Source of the DNA: an uncultured Planctomycetota bacterium
Lineage (GTDB): Bacteria > Planctomycetota > PLA2 > JAEUHO01
Assembly (NCBI GenBank): GCA_963752285.1
Contig: CAVVXN010000001.1
Coordinates: forward strand, 861,622-925,621
DNA length: 64,000 nt
Reading direction: 5' to 3'
In this document: in pieces, positions 17,525 through 27,602 of the stretch
Layout of the letters: each line of letters begins with the position of its first letter
Numbering within the stretch: position 1 is the stretch's first letter
Position numbers and translations under genes: made by a program
Notes under the pieces: generated by a model
The model's input: only the letters and a program-made list of their open reading frames with translations
What the model was told of the DNA's origin: nothing
Databases searched by the model: none

Positions 17525-20500
17525 TCAGGCGCCCGGAGGCCGGTTCAGCTCCGCGGCGAGTCGCCTCGTCGTGTCGCCCCCAGGGTCGCGCCGCGCGGCG
17601 TGCGCTTCCGCGGGTCTCCTCCCGAAGAGCCAGAAGACAGCGGGCGTGAACAGGACGTCGAGGAGCGTGCTCGAGACGAGCCCGCCGACGATCACCGTCG
17701 CGACGGGATAGAGGATCTCGCGGCCCGGCTGTCCGGGCGAGAGCACGATCGGTACGAGGGCGATGCCGCTGGTCAGCGCGGTCAGGAGGACCGGGAGGAT
17801 TCGCTGCCGTCCCGCCCGCACGATCGTCTCGACCCCGAACGGCATGCCTTCCTCTCGCATCAGATGGAGGTAGTGGTCGCGGAGCAGGATCGTGTTGCGC
17901 GCCGCGACGCCGCCCAGCGCCACCAGGCCGACGAGGGTGGCTACGGACAGGTTCTGTCCGCTCCACACGACGAAGGCCGCGGCTCCCAGGAACGACACGG
18001 GGATGCTCGCGAGCGTCTGCAGGGCCAGGTTGACCGACCGGAAGTGGAGGTAGAGGACGAAGAACATCACGCCGAGGGCGGCGAGGAAGAGGACGCCCAT
18101 GACCCGGGAAGCCTCCTCCTGCGCCTCGAACTGGCCGCTGATGCGAATGGCGTACCCCGGCGGCAGGTCCTGGCGCACGGGGTCGAGTGCGGTTTCGACG
18201 TCCTTCACGACCTCTCCGAGCGAGCGTCCCTCGACGTTGTGTGCGACCACGACGCGTCGCGACAGGTTCTCCCGGCTCACGTTGTTGGCGGTCAGTGCGA
18301 GACGGACGTCCGCGACGTCCCCGAGGGGCAGCAGGTGACCGTCCGCCGTGCGGACCAGGAGGTTTCGGATGCTCGCGAGGTTCTTGCGGTCCTTCGCCTC
18401 CAGGTGGACCACGATGGGATGGTGGAAGGCTCCCCGGACCAGGCGGGAGACCGCTTCCCCCTCGAGAGCGAGCTCCACCGTGTTGGCCACGTCCAGGACG
18501 GTGAGCCCCAGCCGAGCGAGATCGGCGCGTCGGGGCCGGACCTCCACGCGCTCGACCATCACCTGTGGCTCGGGCAGGACGTCGGTGACGCCGGGCAGCG
18601 GGCGGATCGCCGCCTCCACCTGCCTTGCGGCGCGACGGAGCACGGCGAGGTCCTCTCCGAAGATCTTGATCGCCACCTGGGCGTTCACGCCGGAGAGCAT
18701 GTGGGAGAGCGTGTGCGCCAGGGGCTGCTCCGTCGAGGAGGCGACGCCGGGGAACGCCTCTGCGATCCGCTCCCGGATCTCCTGGATGACCGCCTCCCGC
18801 GAGCGGCTGGAGGCCGGGTCGAAGCTCAAGAGGACGAGGGAGAAGTCCACGTTGTGTGCGTGCTCGTCGCCCTCGGCGCGACCGGTGGACCGTCCGAGGT
18901 GCAGGACGCCGTCCACGCCCCGAATCACGTGCTCGAGTCGGCGCCCGAAGGCGCTCGAGGTATCGAGGCTGGTTCCCGGCGGCAAGACCAGGTTCACCAC
19001 CGCCGCGCCCTCGTTGAACGGAGGGAGGAACTCCGTGCCCCGCGTCGCGAGAGCGGCCACGGCCACGACCACCAGCGCCCCGACGGTCGTGACCGTGGCC
19101 ACGGGTCGCGCGAGACCAGCGCGGACGAGCCGCTCGGCGCCGCCCCTCAGTCGCCGGACGAGCCAGCCGTCCTCCGCTTCGACCGCACGGGCGTTCGGCA
19201 GGAGCCACGCCGAGAGGACGGGCGTGACCACGACGGCCACGGCGAGCGAGGCCAGGATGCTCACGATGTAGGCGATGCCGATGGGCGTGAAGAGGCGGCC
19301 CTCCATGCCCGAGAGGGCGAAGAGCGGCAGGTAGACGGCCGCCACGACGACCGTGCCGATGAGGATGGGCCTGCGTACCTCGCTGGACGCGAGGAATACG
19401 ACGACCGACGACGCGAGGGGGCGGGCCGCTGCGCGGTTCTCCCGGAGCCGCCGGAACACGTTCTCCACTCCGACGATCGCGTCGTCCACGAGCGAACCGA
19501 TCGCGACGGCGATCCCGCCCAGCGTCATCGTGTTGATGCTGATGCCCATCGCTGCGAATACGAGCGCGGTCGCCGCGAGCGAGAGCGGGATCGCCGTGAG
19601 CGTGATGACCGTCGTTCGTACGTTCAGCAAGAACAGCACGAGGACGATCACCACCAGCACCGCTCCGTCCCGCACGGCGTCGAGCACGTTCTCCACCGAC
19701 CGCTCGATGAAGTCGGCCTGGCGGTAGAGGGACGGCAGCACCTCGAGGTCCGCCGGCAGCGACTCCTGGATCGAGGCGAGCTCCGAGTCGATCCGCGCGG
19801 TCAGAGCGAGCGTGTCCACGTCCGGTTGCTTGGTGATCGTCAGGAGGACGCCGGGGAACCCATCGACCCCCGCGTCGCCTGTCCGGACCGCCGCCGGGCC
19901 GAACTCCACCCGCGCGACGTCCGCCAGGCGAACGGGACGGACCGCGTCGTGGCGGACGACCGCACTCTCGAGGTCTGCGCGCTCCGCGACGAGCCCGGTC
20001 ACCGTCACCACCGGGCCGCGCACGCCGAGCGGCATCAGGCCGCCACTGGCGTTCACGTTCGCCTGCCGGATCGCCTCGGCCACCTCGGCGAGGGTCACGT
20101 CATAGGCGCGCAGGAGGTCGGCGTCCACGATCGCCTGGAGCTGACGGGGAGCGCCCCCGGTGCTGACGACTTGGGCCACACCGGGAATCGACAGGAGTCG
20201 CAGCTTGATCCGCTGGTCCACGAGCGCACGGATCTCGGTGGGGTCGGTGTCTCCGGACCGGCTCCGGATTCCGATCTGTTGGATCTGCCCCATGAGGCTC
20301 GAGATGGGCGCGAGGTGCGGGGTCGCTTCGGGCGGCAGGTGCGTGCCCGCGACCTGGACCTTCTCCTGCACGATCTGCCGGTTCCGGTAGACGTCCGTGC
20401 CCCAGTCGAACTCGACCCACACGACGGAGAGTCCCATCCCGGAGCTCGACCGGACCCGGAGCACGCCCGTCGCGCCGTTCACCGCCTGCTCGACGTAGCG

Positions 20501-20698
20501 CGTCACGAATCGCTCGACGTCCTCGGGCACCATGCCGTGGACCTCGGTCATCACGGTCACGGTAGGTCGGTTGAGGTCGGGGAGGACGTCCACGGGCAGG
20601 CGAAGCGCGGTCCACGTGCCCAGCGCCGCGACGGCGAGAGCCGCCACGGCGACCAGCACGCGGTTTCGCAGCGCAAAGGCGATGATGCGGTCGAGCAT
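17525..20698 (-). CDS. CusA/CzcA family heavy-metal efflux RND permease
   Basis: LPVDVLPDLNRPTV, AVAIGSLVDDAIVGVEN, EFLPPFNEG, AEGDEHAH, R..PVLLTAL; about 1057 aa. Confidence 0.93.
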   Translation of the reverse strand: MLDRIIAFALRNRVLVAVAALAVAALGTWTALRLPVDVLPDLNRPTVTVMTEVHGMVPEDVERFVTRYVEQAVNGATGVLRVRSSSGMGLSVVWVEFDWGTDVYRNRQIVQEKVQVAGTHLPPEATPHLAPISSLMGQIQQIGIRSRSGDTDPTEIRALVDQRIKLRLLSIPGVAQVVSTGGAPRQLQAIVDADLLRAYDVTLAEVAEAIRQANVNASGGLMPLGVRGPVVTVTGLVAERADLESAVVRHDAVRPVRLADVARVEFGPAAVRTGDAGVDGFPGVLLTITKQPDVDTLALTARIDSELASIQESLPADLEVLPSLYRQADFIERSVENVLDAVRDGAVLVVIVLVLFLLNVRTTVITLTAIPLSLAATALVFAAMGISINTMTLGGIAVAIGSLVDDAIVGVENVFRRLRENRAAARPLASSVVVFLASSEVRRPILIGTVVVAAVYLPLFALSGMEGRLFTPIGIAYIVSILASLAVAVVVTPVLSAWLLPNARAVEAEDGWLVRRLRGGAERLVRAGLARPVATVTTVGALVVVAVAALATRGTEFLPPFNEGAAVVNLVLPPGTSLDTSSAFGRRLEHVIRGVDGVLHLGRSTGRAEGDEHAHNVDFSLVLLSFDPASSRSREAVIQEIRERIAEAFPGVASSTEQPLAHTLSHMLSGVNAQVAIKIFGEDLAVLRRAARQVEAAIRPLPGVTDVLPEPQVMVERVEVRPRRADLARLGLTVLDVANTVELALEGEAVSRLVRGAFHHPIVVHLEAKDRKNLASIRNLLVRTADGHLLPLGDVADVRLALTANNVSRENLSRRVVVAHNVEGRSLGEVVKDVETALDPVRQDLPPGYAIRISGQFEAQEEASRVMGVLFLAALGVMFFVLYLHFRSVNLALQTLASIPVSFLGAAAFVVWSGQNLSVATLVGLVALGGVAARNTILLRDHYLHLMREEGMPFGVETIVRAGRQRILPVLLTALTSGIALVPIVLSPGQPGREILYPVATVIVGGLVSSTLLDVLFTPAVFWLFGRRPAEAHAARRDPGGDTTRRLAAELNRPPGA

Positions 20699-20712
20699 GT
20701 CCTCCTCCGCGC

Positions 20713-22392
20713 TCAGTGCACGTGGCCCGCGTGCGGGTCGGCCCCGGCGGACGCGCCTCGCTGAAGCGCCATCCCGAGCGCGAAGGCCCCGCGCACCACG
20801 ACCGTCTCCCCCTCGACCAGGCTCCCGTCGTCGGCCACGACCGCGACCTCCTCGTCGGCGTACTCGACGTGCACGGGCTGGGGCTCGAAGTGCTCTCCGT
20901 GCCTGCGGAAGACCACGGGAGACGGCCCGTCGTACGTGAGCGCGTCCGCGGGCAGGACGTACCGGCCCGGTAGGCGCTCCGCAGGCACGCGCACCAGGTA
21001 TCGGAGGCCCACACGGAGCTGCCAGCTCCGACAGGACGCCTCGACGGTGCAGGGCGCCGAGACGTTCGCGACGGTCGCGAGGGCGATGCCGCCCCTGTCG
21101 GCGAGGTCGCCCTGGATCTGCATGCGCAGGAGTCGAATCCCGTCGATCGACGGCCCGGAGCCGGGAAGGACGGGCACGGCGGCGAGCGCCGCCCCGCCCT
21201 CGACGGCGCGCGCGACGAGGGCGATCTCGTGCCCGACGGGCTCGAGCCGCAGCCACATCTCGCGCGCGTCGTAGAGCCCGATCACCTCGGCGCCCGGCTC
21301 CACGCGCTGCCCGACCCGGGCCTGGACCTCCTCGACGTCCCAGTCGCCCGCGCCGCCGATCGGCGCGCGAAGGACGAGCGTCGGCTCGAACGCGCCACCG
21401 CGCGCGAGGAGGCGCACGGTCTCGAGGGGCGTCCCGTCGAGAAGCAGGCTCGCGACCTCGGCGAAGTGGGCGCGCGCGCCCGCCGTCTCCTCGAGGGCCG
21501 CCACGAGCTCCGGCGTGGCCAGCCCCGACGCCGTGAGCTCCCCGATCGCGGCGACCAGCCACGGCAGGTCCCGCTGCGCTTCTGGGAGCGCGAGGCGAAC
21601 GCGTTCGGCCGCGTCGCCCCACAGCCCGTTCCTTTCGAGGGCGCGCCGCCAGAGGTGCGGGTTCCCGGGCGTCGCTCCGTCCCCCGACCCGACGCGGTCG
21701 ATCTCGTCGTCCGACAGCCCGTGGGCTCGGAGCTCGTGTCGTGCGCTCTCGATCTGCTGTCGATACCGCGCGACCTCGTACCGGAGGTCGATCTCGGCCT
21801 TGCGCGGCACCGTGTGGTCCTCGACGAACGGCCCGATGCGCTCGAGCTCGCTCTCCGCCACCGCGAGCTGGCTCTGGGAGGTGCAGAGCGCGCGTGCCGC
21901 CTCGTGTACGGCCTCGTCGACGGGCATGAGGAGGCTCGCCGTGAGGTGGGGTCGCGGACGCGGGATCGGGTCGCGTGCCAGCGTCACGAGAGGCGCACCC
22001 GCGGCCACGAGCTGTCCGGTCTCCACGTGGACCCGCGTGACGATGCCGCCGAGCGGTGCGACGACCGGAACGCGATTGAGAGGTCGGTCCACGACGACCG
22101 CCTGCACCTGGTGGAATTGGACGAAGTCCGACCTCCGGGTCGTAGCGACCTCGACGCCGAGGCTGGCAAGCGTCTGCAAAGGGAGCGCAATGACGTGCTC
22201 CTCTCCCTCCCCGTGCGCCTCGGCCGCGTCCCCGTGTGCCGTATGCGCCGAGGCCTCTTCGTGCTCCGGGTGCACGTCGTGGACCGCGCCGATCTCGGGG
22301 CCGGGTGGTCGTCCCGCGCCGAGCCAGCGGCCGGCCGCCAGCCCGAGGCCGGTCAGGCAGATGCCGAAAGCGATCTGGAGAAACGGTCTCAT
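20713..22392 (-). CDS. RND efflux periplasmic adaptor (membrane fusion protein), His-rich, with a large insertion
   Basis: N-terminal TM, His-rich linker, VVAPLGG.V..V.V..G..V..G..L lipoyl half-motif, LPADAL, C-terminal DPHAGHVH. Confidence 0.85.
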   Translation of the reverse strand: MRPFLQIAFGICLTGLGLAAGRWLGAGRPPGPEIGAVHDVHPEHEEASAHTAHGDAAEAHGEGEEHVIALPLQTLASLGVEVATTRRSDFVQFHQVQAVVVDRPLNRVPVVAPLGGIVTRVHVETGQLVAAGAPLVTLARDPIPRPRPHLTASLLMPVDEAVHEAARALCTSQSQLAVAESELERIGPFVEDHTVPRKAEIDLRYEVARYRQQIESARHELRAHGLSDDEIDRVGSGDGATPGNPHLWRRALERNGLWGDAAERVRLALPEAQRDLPWLVAAIGELTASGLATPELVAALEETAGARAHFAEVASLLLDGTPLETVRLLARGGAFEPTLVLRAPIGGAGDWDVEEVQARVGQRVEPGAEVIGLYDAREMWLRLEPVGHEIALVARAVEGGAALAAVPVLPGSGPSIDGIRLLRMQIQGDLADRGGIALATVANVSAPCTVEASCRSWQLRVGLRYLVRVPAERLPGRYVLPADALTYDGPSPVVFRRHGEHFEPQPVHVEYADEEVAVVADDGSLVEGETVVVRGAFALGMALQRGASAGADPHAGHVH

Positions 22393-23810
22393 CGGGGTTC
22401 CTCGCCTCCGTGCTCGCCAGGCCCCATCGAAGAGCGACCCGGCTCGGTCTCGAAACGCAGAAGCGGCGCGCCGACCGCCTCTTCGAGCGCGCTCCACGCC
22501 GCGTAGAGGTCCCTGCGGCTCGTGAGGTGCGTGACGCGTGCGCGGCGCGTCGAGCGGAGCACCTCGAGGTAGCGCAGCATCTCGAACGCGCCGGTGCGCT
22601 CGAGCACGCTCCGCGCGATCGCGTCGGTCTCCGTGGCGCGTGCGAGGGCGTCGTCGTAGAGCGCGAGGCGCCTCGAGCGCGCTTCCACCACGGAGCGCGC
22701 ACGGTCCACGTCGGCGAGGACGCCCGCGAGCGCGGCTTCGAAGCGCTCCCGGACCTCGGCACGGCGCGCGCGGGCTTCGGCGATGCCGACCTGGTTCCGG
22801 TCGAGGATCGGGACCTCGATCGAGAGGGGCAGCCCGAGCTTCCCGCCGTCATCCTCCTCGTACGTGACGCCGGCGCCGAGCTCGGGCCACGCGCGGGCCA
22901 CCTCCAGCCGAAGCTGCGCCTCGGCCAGGAGATAGGCGGCGCGCAGGCGCACGAGCGCGGGGTGGTGCGCCAGCGCGACACGCGTGAGCGCGTCCGCGTC
23001 GGGCACGGCGCCGGGAAGTCGCGGGACCTCGGTCGGGCCGTGCGGGGTCCCCGCGCCTCCTACGCCGAGGCGCCGGCCGAGCGCGCCGCGGGCCTCGGCG
23101 ATCGACGCTTCGGCGTCCCAGAGATCCGCGCGCGTCTCGGCGGCCTCGAGTCGCAGCAGGGCGACGTCCAGGGTCGTCGCGGCGCCGGCGTCCACCGCCT
23201 GCCCCGCGCTCTCGACGGCGCGGTCGGCGGCGTCGGCGAGCCCGCGTCGCGCCGCGGCCACCTCCACGAGGACGCCGACGGCGACGTACTCGCCCCGAAG
23301 CGCGAGGTACTGCTCGCGCTCGACGGCCCCCGCTTCGGCGCGCGCGGCTTCGGCCGCGACGCGGCTTGCGTGGTCGGCGAGCGCACGCGTGTCGGCGAGA
23401 AGTACCCGGAAGCCGAGTGCGGCGTCCACGCCGACCCGAACGCTCTCGAGGAGGCTCGGACCGAAGAGCAACGGCCCGAGGTCGATCGTCGGGTTCGGTC
23501 CGGGCGTGCGCACGCTGGCGCGCGCCTGCGCCGACCGGAACACGGCGCGGGCCGCCCTTACCTCCGGGTTGTGCTCGTGGAGGAGGGCGGCCGCGTCGGC
23601 CAGGCCGAGGGGCGCCTCCGGGTGAGCGGGGACGCGGGTTGCACGCACACGGGCGAGCGCCTCCCCTTCGTCGAGCGGGCGGGGCGCGGCGCGAGGACGT
23701 GCGCAGGCGACGACGAGGCCGAACGAGACGAGAATCGCGAGCGAGGCGAGCGACCAGGCACGGGGACCTGCGCGGGGGACCGCGGCACGCCCCCGGGGGC
23801 GGTGCGACAT
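22389..23810 (-). CDS. TolC/CzcC family outer-membrane efflux lipoprotein
   Basis: Lipobox VVAC; HNPEVRAAR, PNPTI, HPALVRLRA, LSIEVPILDRNQ; ATGA overlap with the adaptor gene. Confidence 0.87.
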   Translation of the reverse strand: MSHRPRGRAAVPRAGPRAWSLASLAILVSFGLVVACARPRAAPRPLDEGEALARVRATRVPAHPEAPLGLADAAALLHEHNPEVRAARAVFRSAQARASVRTPGPNPTIDLGPLLFGPSLLESVRVGVDAALGFRVLLADTRALADHASRVAAEAARAEAGAVEREQYLALRGEYVAVGVLVEVAAARRGLADAADRAVESAGQAVDAGAATTLDVALLRLEAAETRADLWDAEASIAEARGALGRRLGVGGAGTPHGPTEVPRLPGAVPDADALTRVALAHHPALVRLRAAYLLAEAQLRLEVARAWPELGAGVTYEEDDGGKLGLPLSIEVPILDRNQVGIAEARARRAEVRERFEAALAGVLADVDRARSVVEARSRRLALYDDALARATETDAIARSVLERTGAFEMLRYLEVLRSTRRARVTHLTSRRDLYAAWSALEEAVGAPLLRFETEPGRSSMGPGEHGGEEPR

Positions 23811-23865
23811 GACGGCTCCTCGATGGACGACGGGACGACGCGGAGGGGGCGGTCGAGCCGTCGGC

Positions 23866-24255
23866 TCAGAGGAGCAGGCGCACGGAGCAAAGCGCCCGGC
23901 GCGACTCGCACGGGGCCAGGAGACGCGCCGCGCGGTTCACGAGCAGGAGCGAGGTCGTCGGGAGCGCGGGCCAGGCGTCGGGTCGCGCGGCGTGGGGCTT
24001 GAAGACCGGGGCCGGCGTGCGCCCGGGCACGAGCGCCGACGCGAACCGCTCGTGAGAGCCGTGCTCGGGGGCGTCCCGCCCAGGGCCGCCGTTCCGGTCG
24101 CCGGCGTGGACGGCAGCGGACGCGTCGTGGCAGCGGTGCCCGTCCAGTCCGAAGACGGCGATCGTCAGAGACTGGCAGTCGGAGCGGCAAACGAGCATCG
24201 GCACCTGGAGGAGCACCAGGGCCAGCAGCGCAATATGGGTTCCCGCCCGACGCAC
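23866..24255 (-). CDS. Small His/Cys-rich exported protein leading the metal-efflux operon (CzcI/DUF2946-like leader)
   Basis: Signal-like N-terminus, CRSDC, HRCH, HGSH, hydrophobic C-terminus LCSVRLLL; CATGAT 6 nt before GTG. Confidence 0.55.
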   Translation of the reverse strand: MRRAGTHIALLALVLLQVPMLVCRSDCQSLTIAVFGLDGHRCHDASAAVHAGDRNGGPGRDAPEHGSHERFASALVPGRTPAPVFKPHAARPDAWPALPTTSLLLVNRAARLLAPCESRRALCSVRLLL

Positions 24256-24283
24256 GCCGGGATCATGCCCGAAGGTGGCGGGG

Positions 24284-26569
24284 TCAGCTCGAAACGAGCA
24301 GGAGGGTGTGGTCGGACGCGTCGAGGAGGCCCGCGGCGAGGCTCCCGAACGAGAGCGCCTCGCCGGGGCGCCGGCTCACCCCGAGCACGACGAGCGCGGG
24401 CGTGGCCGACCCTGCCGCCTTCTGGATGGCTTCGTGCGTGTCGCCCTTCGCCACCTTGCGGCGGACCTCCACGTCGAAGTAGGTCGAGAGACGCTCCATC
24501 TCGCGAAGGATCTCCTGGTCGTCCCGCCGCGCGTGGCGTCCCTCCTCCTTCCGTTTCGCGCCGGCGCTCGCGATGGAGAGGGCCGTGAGCCTCGCGCTCG
24601 CGGCCTGGGCCAGGGCCAGCGCGACCTCCGCGCCGCGGAGCGAGGCGCCGGACCCGGTGATCGGGACCACGATCTCGATGGCCTGGCCGAGCGGGTCCGC
24701 CGCGAACGCACCGCGCGCGAGCGCGATGGCGAGCGACCCCTCGAAGCTCCGCGCCACCTCGGAGAGCTTCGGGTCGAAGCCGCCCTTCCGGGTCGTCGCT
24801 GGCTCCATGCCGATCACGAGGAGGTCGTAGCCCTTCTCGGCCTCCGACTGCACGGCCTCGGCGGGCGGCGCGTCGTTCACGTGGGCGGTCACCTCGACCT
24901 CCGGCGGACGGTCCTCGGCATCCTCGCCCTTCGCCCCGGCCTGCTCGGCCGCGCCGTGCACCACCGACCGGGCGCCCTCGAGGAGCTCCTCCGCCTGGTG
25001 CTCCTCGACGGGGCCCTCGCCGTCCGGGAGCTGGAGCACCGTCACGGGCATCCCGCGTCGCCCGGCGAGGAGTCCGGCGAGGCGGGCGGCGAGCTTCCCG
25101 CTCGGCGTGCCGTCCACCGTGAGGAGCACACGTTCCATGTTCGGGACGAACCCCTTCTCCTCGAAGGCCTCGCGTTCGAGCCGCTTCTTCTCCTCGCCCT
25201 CGAGGGGCAGTCGGCGGAGGGCCCAGCGGAGCGTGGGCGGCATGAGGGTCGTCGTGACGAGGGCCATCGTCACGATCATCGTGAAGAGGTCCTGGCTCAG
25301 CACGCCGAGAGAGAGGCCGATCGTCGCGACGATCACCTCGGTCGAGCCCCGCGCGTTCATCCCGGCGGCGAGCGCGGTCGCTTCGCGGCGCCGGAGGCCG
25401 CCGAACCAGCCGCCGGCGAACGCGCCCGCGGCCTTGCCGACGCTCGCGATCAGGAGGAGCGCGCCCGTCAGGAGGAGAAGACGCGGGTCGGCGAGGATGG
25501 TCAGGTCGGCGTGGAGGCCCGCCGCGCCGAAGAACACGGGCATGAACAGGCCGGTCACGAGCCCGCGGATCTGCCCGTCGATCTCGCGCGTGAGGATGGG
25601 GGACTGGCCGACGAGGATGCCCGCCACGAACGCGCCGAGCACGGTGTGCACGCCGAGGACGTGGGTCACGAGCGCCATCGCGCCCATGACCACGAGGATC
25701 GCGGCGATGACCGGCGCCTCGCTCACGAAGTGGTCGTTCGTCACGCGGATCACGCGGAACACGAGTCTCCGGCCGATCGTGAAGCTCAGCACGAGGAAGG
25801 CCACCGTGCCGAGAACGCTCCGTCCGAGGATCCACGCGTCGAACTGGCCGTGCTCGGCGAGACCGAAGATGATCGCGATGATGATCCACCCGATCGTGTC
25901 GTCCACGATGGCCGACGCGAGGATGACCTGCCCGATGTTCCGGCGCACGAAGTCCATCTCGCGCACGACCGTCGCGACGATCTTGACCGACGAGATCGAG
26001 AGCGCCGTCCCGAGGAAGAGCGACGCGAGGAGACGTTGATCGGGCTCCGGGAGGAGGCTCGCGGGCACGACCTGGCCCAGCGCGAACCCGGCTGCGAAGG
26101 GGAGCGCGATGCCGGCCACCGACGCGCTCACGGCCGCCCGCCGGACCTTCCGGAGCAGCGAGAGGTCGGTCTCCATGCCCGCGAGCAGGAGGAGCAGGAG
26201 GATCCCGACCTGGGCGACGCCGTCGAGCATGGCGCGTTGCGCGGGCTCGTCGGGGAAGATCGCGTGTTGCCCCGACGGCCAGAGGAGCCCGAGGACCGAC
26301 GGGCCGAGGAGCACGCCGGCGAGGAGCTGGCCCATCACCACGGGCTGGCCGACGCGTTGGAGCCCCTCGCCGAGGAGCCGGCCCGTGAAGATCAGGAGCG
26401 TGACCTCGAGGACGAGCACGGCTTCCGACGGCCCGGGCTTCGCGCCGGCGTCGGGGCTCGCGGCGGCGAACGCCGCGCCGGCGAGGAACAGGAGGAGGCC
26501 CAGGGCGAGGAGGAGGGTCCCTCGCGTCGAGGATCGGTCCCTGCCCACCGCGCCGCCCGCTCCGCGCAC
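24284..26569 (-). CDS. Cation:proton antiporter (CPA2) fused to C-terminal universal stress protein domains
   Basis: GQPVVMGQLLAGVLLGPS, AGMETD, AIVDD, GAFVAG, MNARG; then RVLLTVDG...YDLLVIG and IVVPITGS...LVVLG...FGS USP-like units. Confidence 0.88.
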   Translation of the reverse strand: MRGAGGAVGRDRSSTRGTLLLALGLLLFLAGAAFAAASPDAGAKPGPSEAVLVLEVTLLIFTGRLLGEGLQRVGQPVVMGQLLAGVLLGPSVLGLLWPSGQHAIFPDEPAQRAMLDGVAQVGILLLLLLAGMETDLSLLRKVRRAAVSASVAGIALPFAAGFALGQVVPASLLPEPDQRLLASLFLGTALSISSVKIVATVVREMDFVRRNIGQVILASAIVDDTIGWIIIAIIFGLAEHGQFDAWILGRSVLGTVAFLVLSFTIGRRLVFRVIRVTNDHFVSEAPVIAAILVVMGAMALVTHVLGVHTVLGAFVAGILVGQSPILTREIDGQIRGLVTGLFMPVFFGAAGLHADLTILADPRLLLLTGALLLIASVGKAAGAFAGGWFGGLRRREATALAAGMNARGSTEVIVATIGLSLGVLSQDLFTMIVTMALVTTTLMPPTLRWALRRLPLEGEEKKRLEREAFEEKGFVPNMERVLLTVDGTPSGKLAARLAGLLAGRRGMPVTVLQLPDGEGPVEEHQAEELLEGARSVVHGAAEQAGAKGEDAEDRPPEVEVTAHVNDAPPAEAVQSEAEKGYDLLVIGMEPATTRKGGFDPKLSEVARSFEGSLAIALARGAFAADPLGQAIEIVVPITGSGASLRGAEVALALAQAASARLTALSIASAGAKRKEEGRHARRDDQEILREMERLSTYFDVEVRRKVAKGDTHEAIQKAAGSATPALVVLGVSRRPGEALSFGSLAAGLLDASDHTLLLVSS

Positions 26570-26719
26570 GAGAACCTCCGGCGCGACCGCCGCGCGCCGG
26601 CGCTTCTATCAGGACCCCTCCGGTTGCGAGGCCACGCCGACGGGCGCTCCTCGGCCGCGGGCCAAGAGCCCCGGCGCCGCAGCCGGCCGAAGCCCCGGAC
26701 TCGATTCCTTCCCAGGCGC

Positions 26720-27472
26720 TCAGTGGGTGGGTACGGCCAGGAGGCGTCGGGTCGGGATGACGAAGAGGAAGCTCGGGCCCGACACGTGGAGGTCCGCGAC
26801 GCCGCGCGCCGCGAGGTGCTCGGCGTAGTCCGCGACGTGGGCGATGTCGGCGATCAGGATCCTCCCCTTCGGCTTCACGACGCGCAGGATCTCGTCGAGC
26901 GCGGCCCGGCGGTCGGCGGCGGTCGGGAGGTTGTGGATCGCCCACGTAGAGACGACGGCGTCGAACGTCGCGTCGGGGAAGGGCAGCGCCAACATGTCGG
27001 CGGTGTGGACCTCGATCCGGTCCTCGACGCCTTCGGCGCGCGCGTTCGCGCGCGTCACCTGCTCGTCGTTCCCGCTCTGGTCCACCGTCCGCCACAGGTC
27101 CACGCCGAACGCGCGACCGTCGGGCAGGCGCCTCGCGGCCCCGATCAACATGAGCCCGCGGCCGCACCCGACGTCGAGCAGGTGCTCGTGGCCCCGCAGG
27201 CCGAGCTCCGCGAGCCAGCGGTCGCGGAGGCGAAGCTTCCAAGAGCAGCTCCCGTACACCATCACGCCGGCGGGGACGAGACACCAGAACGCCGTGAGGA
27301 TCGCCACGCTCACGAGGATCCGCGCCAGCGCGCTCCCGCCGAGGAGCGCGTGGAGGAGGACGGCCACGACGACGCAGGCGGCGGCGATCCCGAGGAAGGT
27401 GCGAACGACGCCCGGTGCGTCGATCCCGTATCTCGCCCGAGCCCCGGCCTCGCCCGCACGCGCCTGCGCCAT
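26720..27472 (-). CDS. Class I SAM-dependent methyltransferase with N-terminal TM segments
   Basis: YGIDAP, LLDVGCGRG, GVDLW..DQSGN, ADMLALPFPDATFD, RVVKPKG. Confidence 0.88.
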   Translation of the reverse strand: MAQARAGEAGARARYGIDAPGVVRTFLGIAAACVVVAVLLHALLGGSALARILVSVAILTAFWCLVPAGVMVYGSCSWKLRLRDRWLAELGLRGHEHLLDVGCGRGLMLIGAARRLPDGRAFGVDLWRTVDQSGNDEQVTRANARAEGVEDRIEVHTADMLALPFPDATFDAVVSTWAIHNLPTAADRRAALDEILRVVKPKGRILIADIAHVADYAEHLAARGVADLHVSGPSFLFVIPTRRLLAVPTH

Positions 27473-27602
27473 CGACCCTCCGCCGGCGTTGTAGCCCGGC
27501 CGGGTCGAGAGCGTCAACGAGCCGAGGGGGCTCCCGCCCGCCGCACCGCGCTCGCGGTCGTCGGGGCGCCACGGGCCGAGGTCGGGACCGGTCCCGTGGC
27601 GG

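Noticed and set aside
20699..22981. Apparent 1818-aa RND protein, and likewise the 1824-aa kinase and 1347-aa DUF1570 ORFs
   Set aside because: The N-terminal extensions are off-frame read-through of upstream genes; SD-led or coupled starts are at 20698, 36845 and 50018
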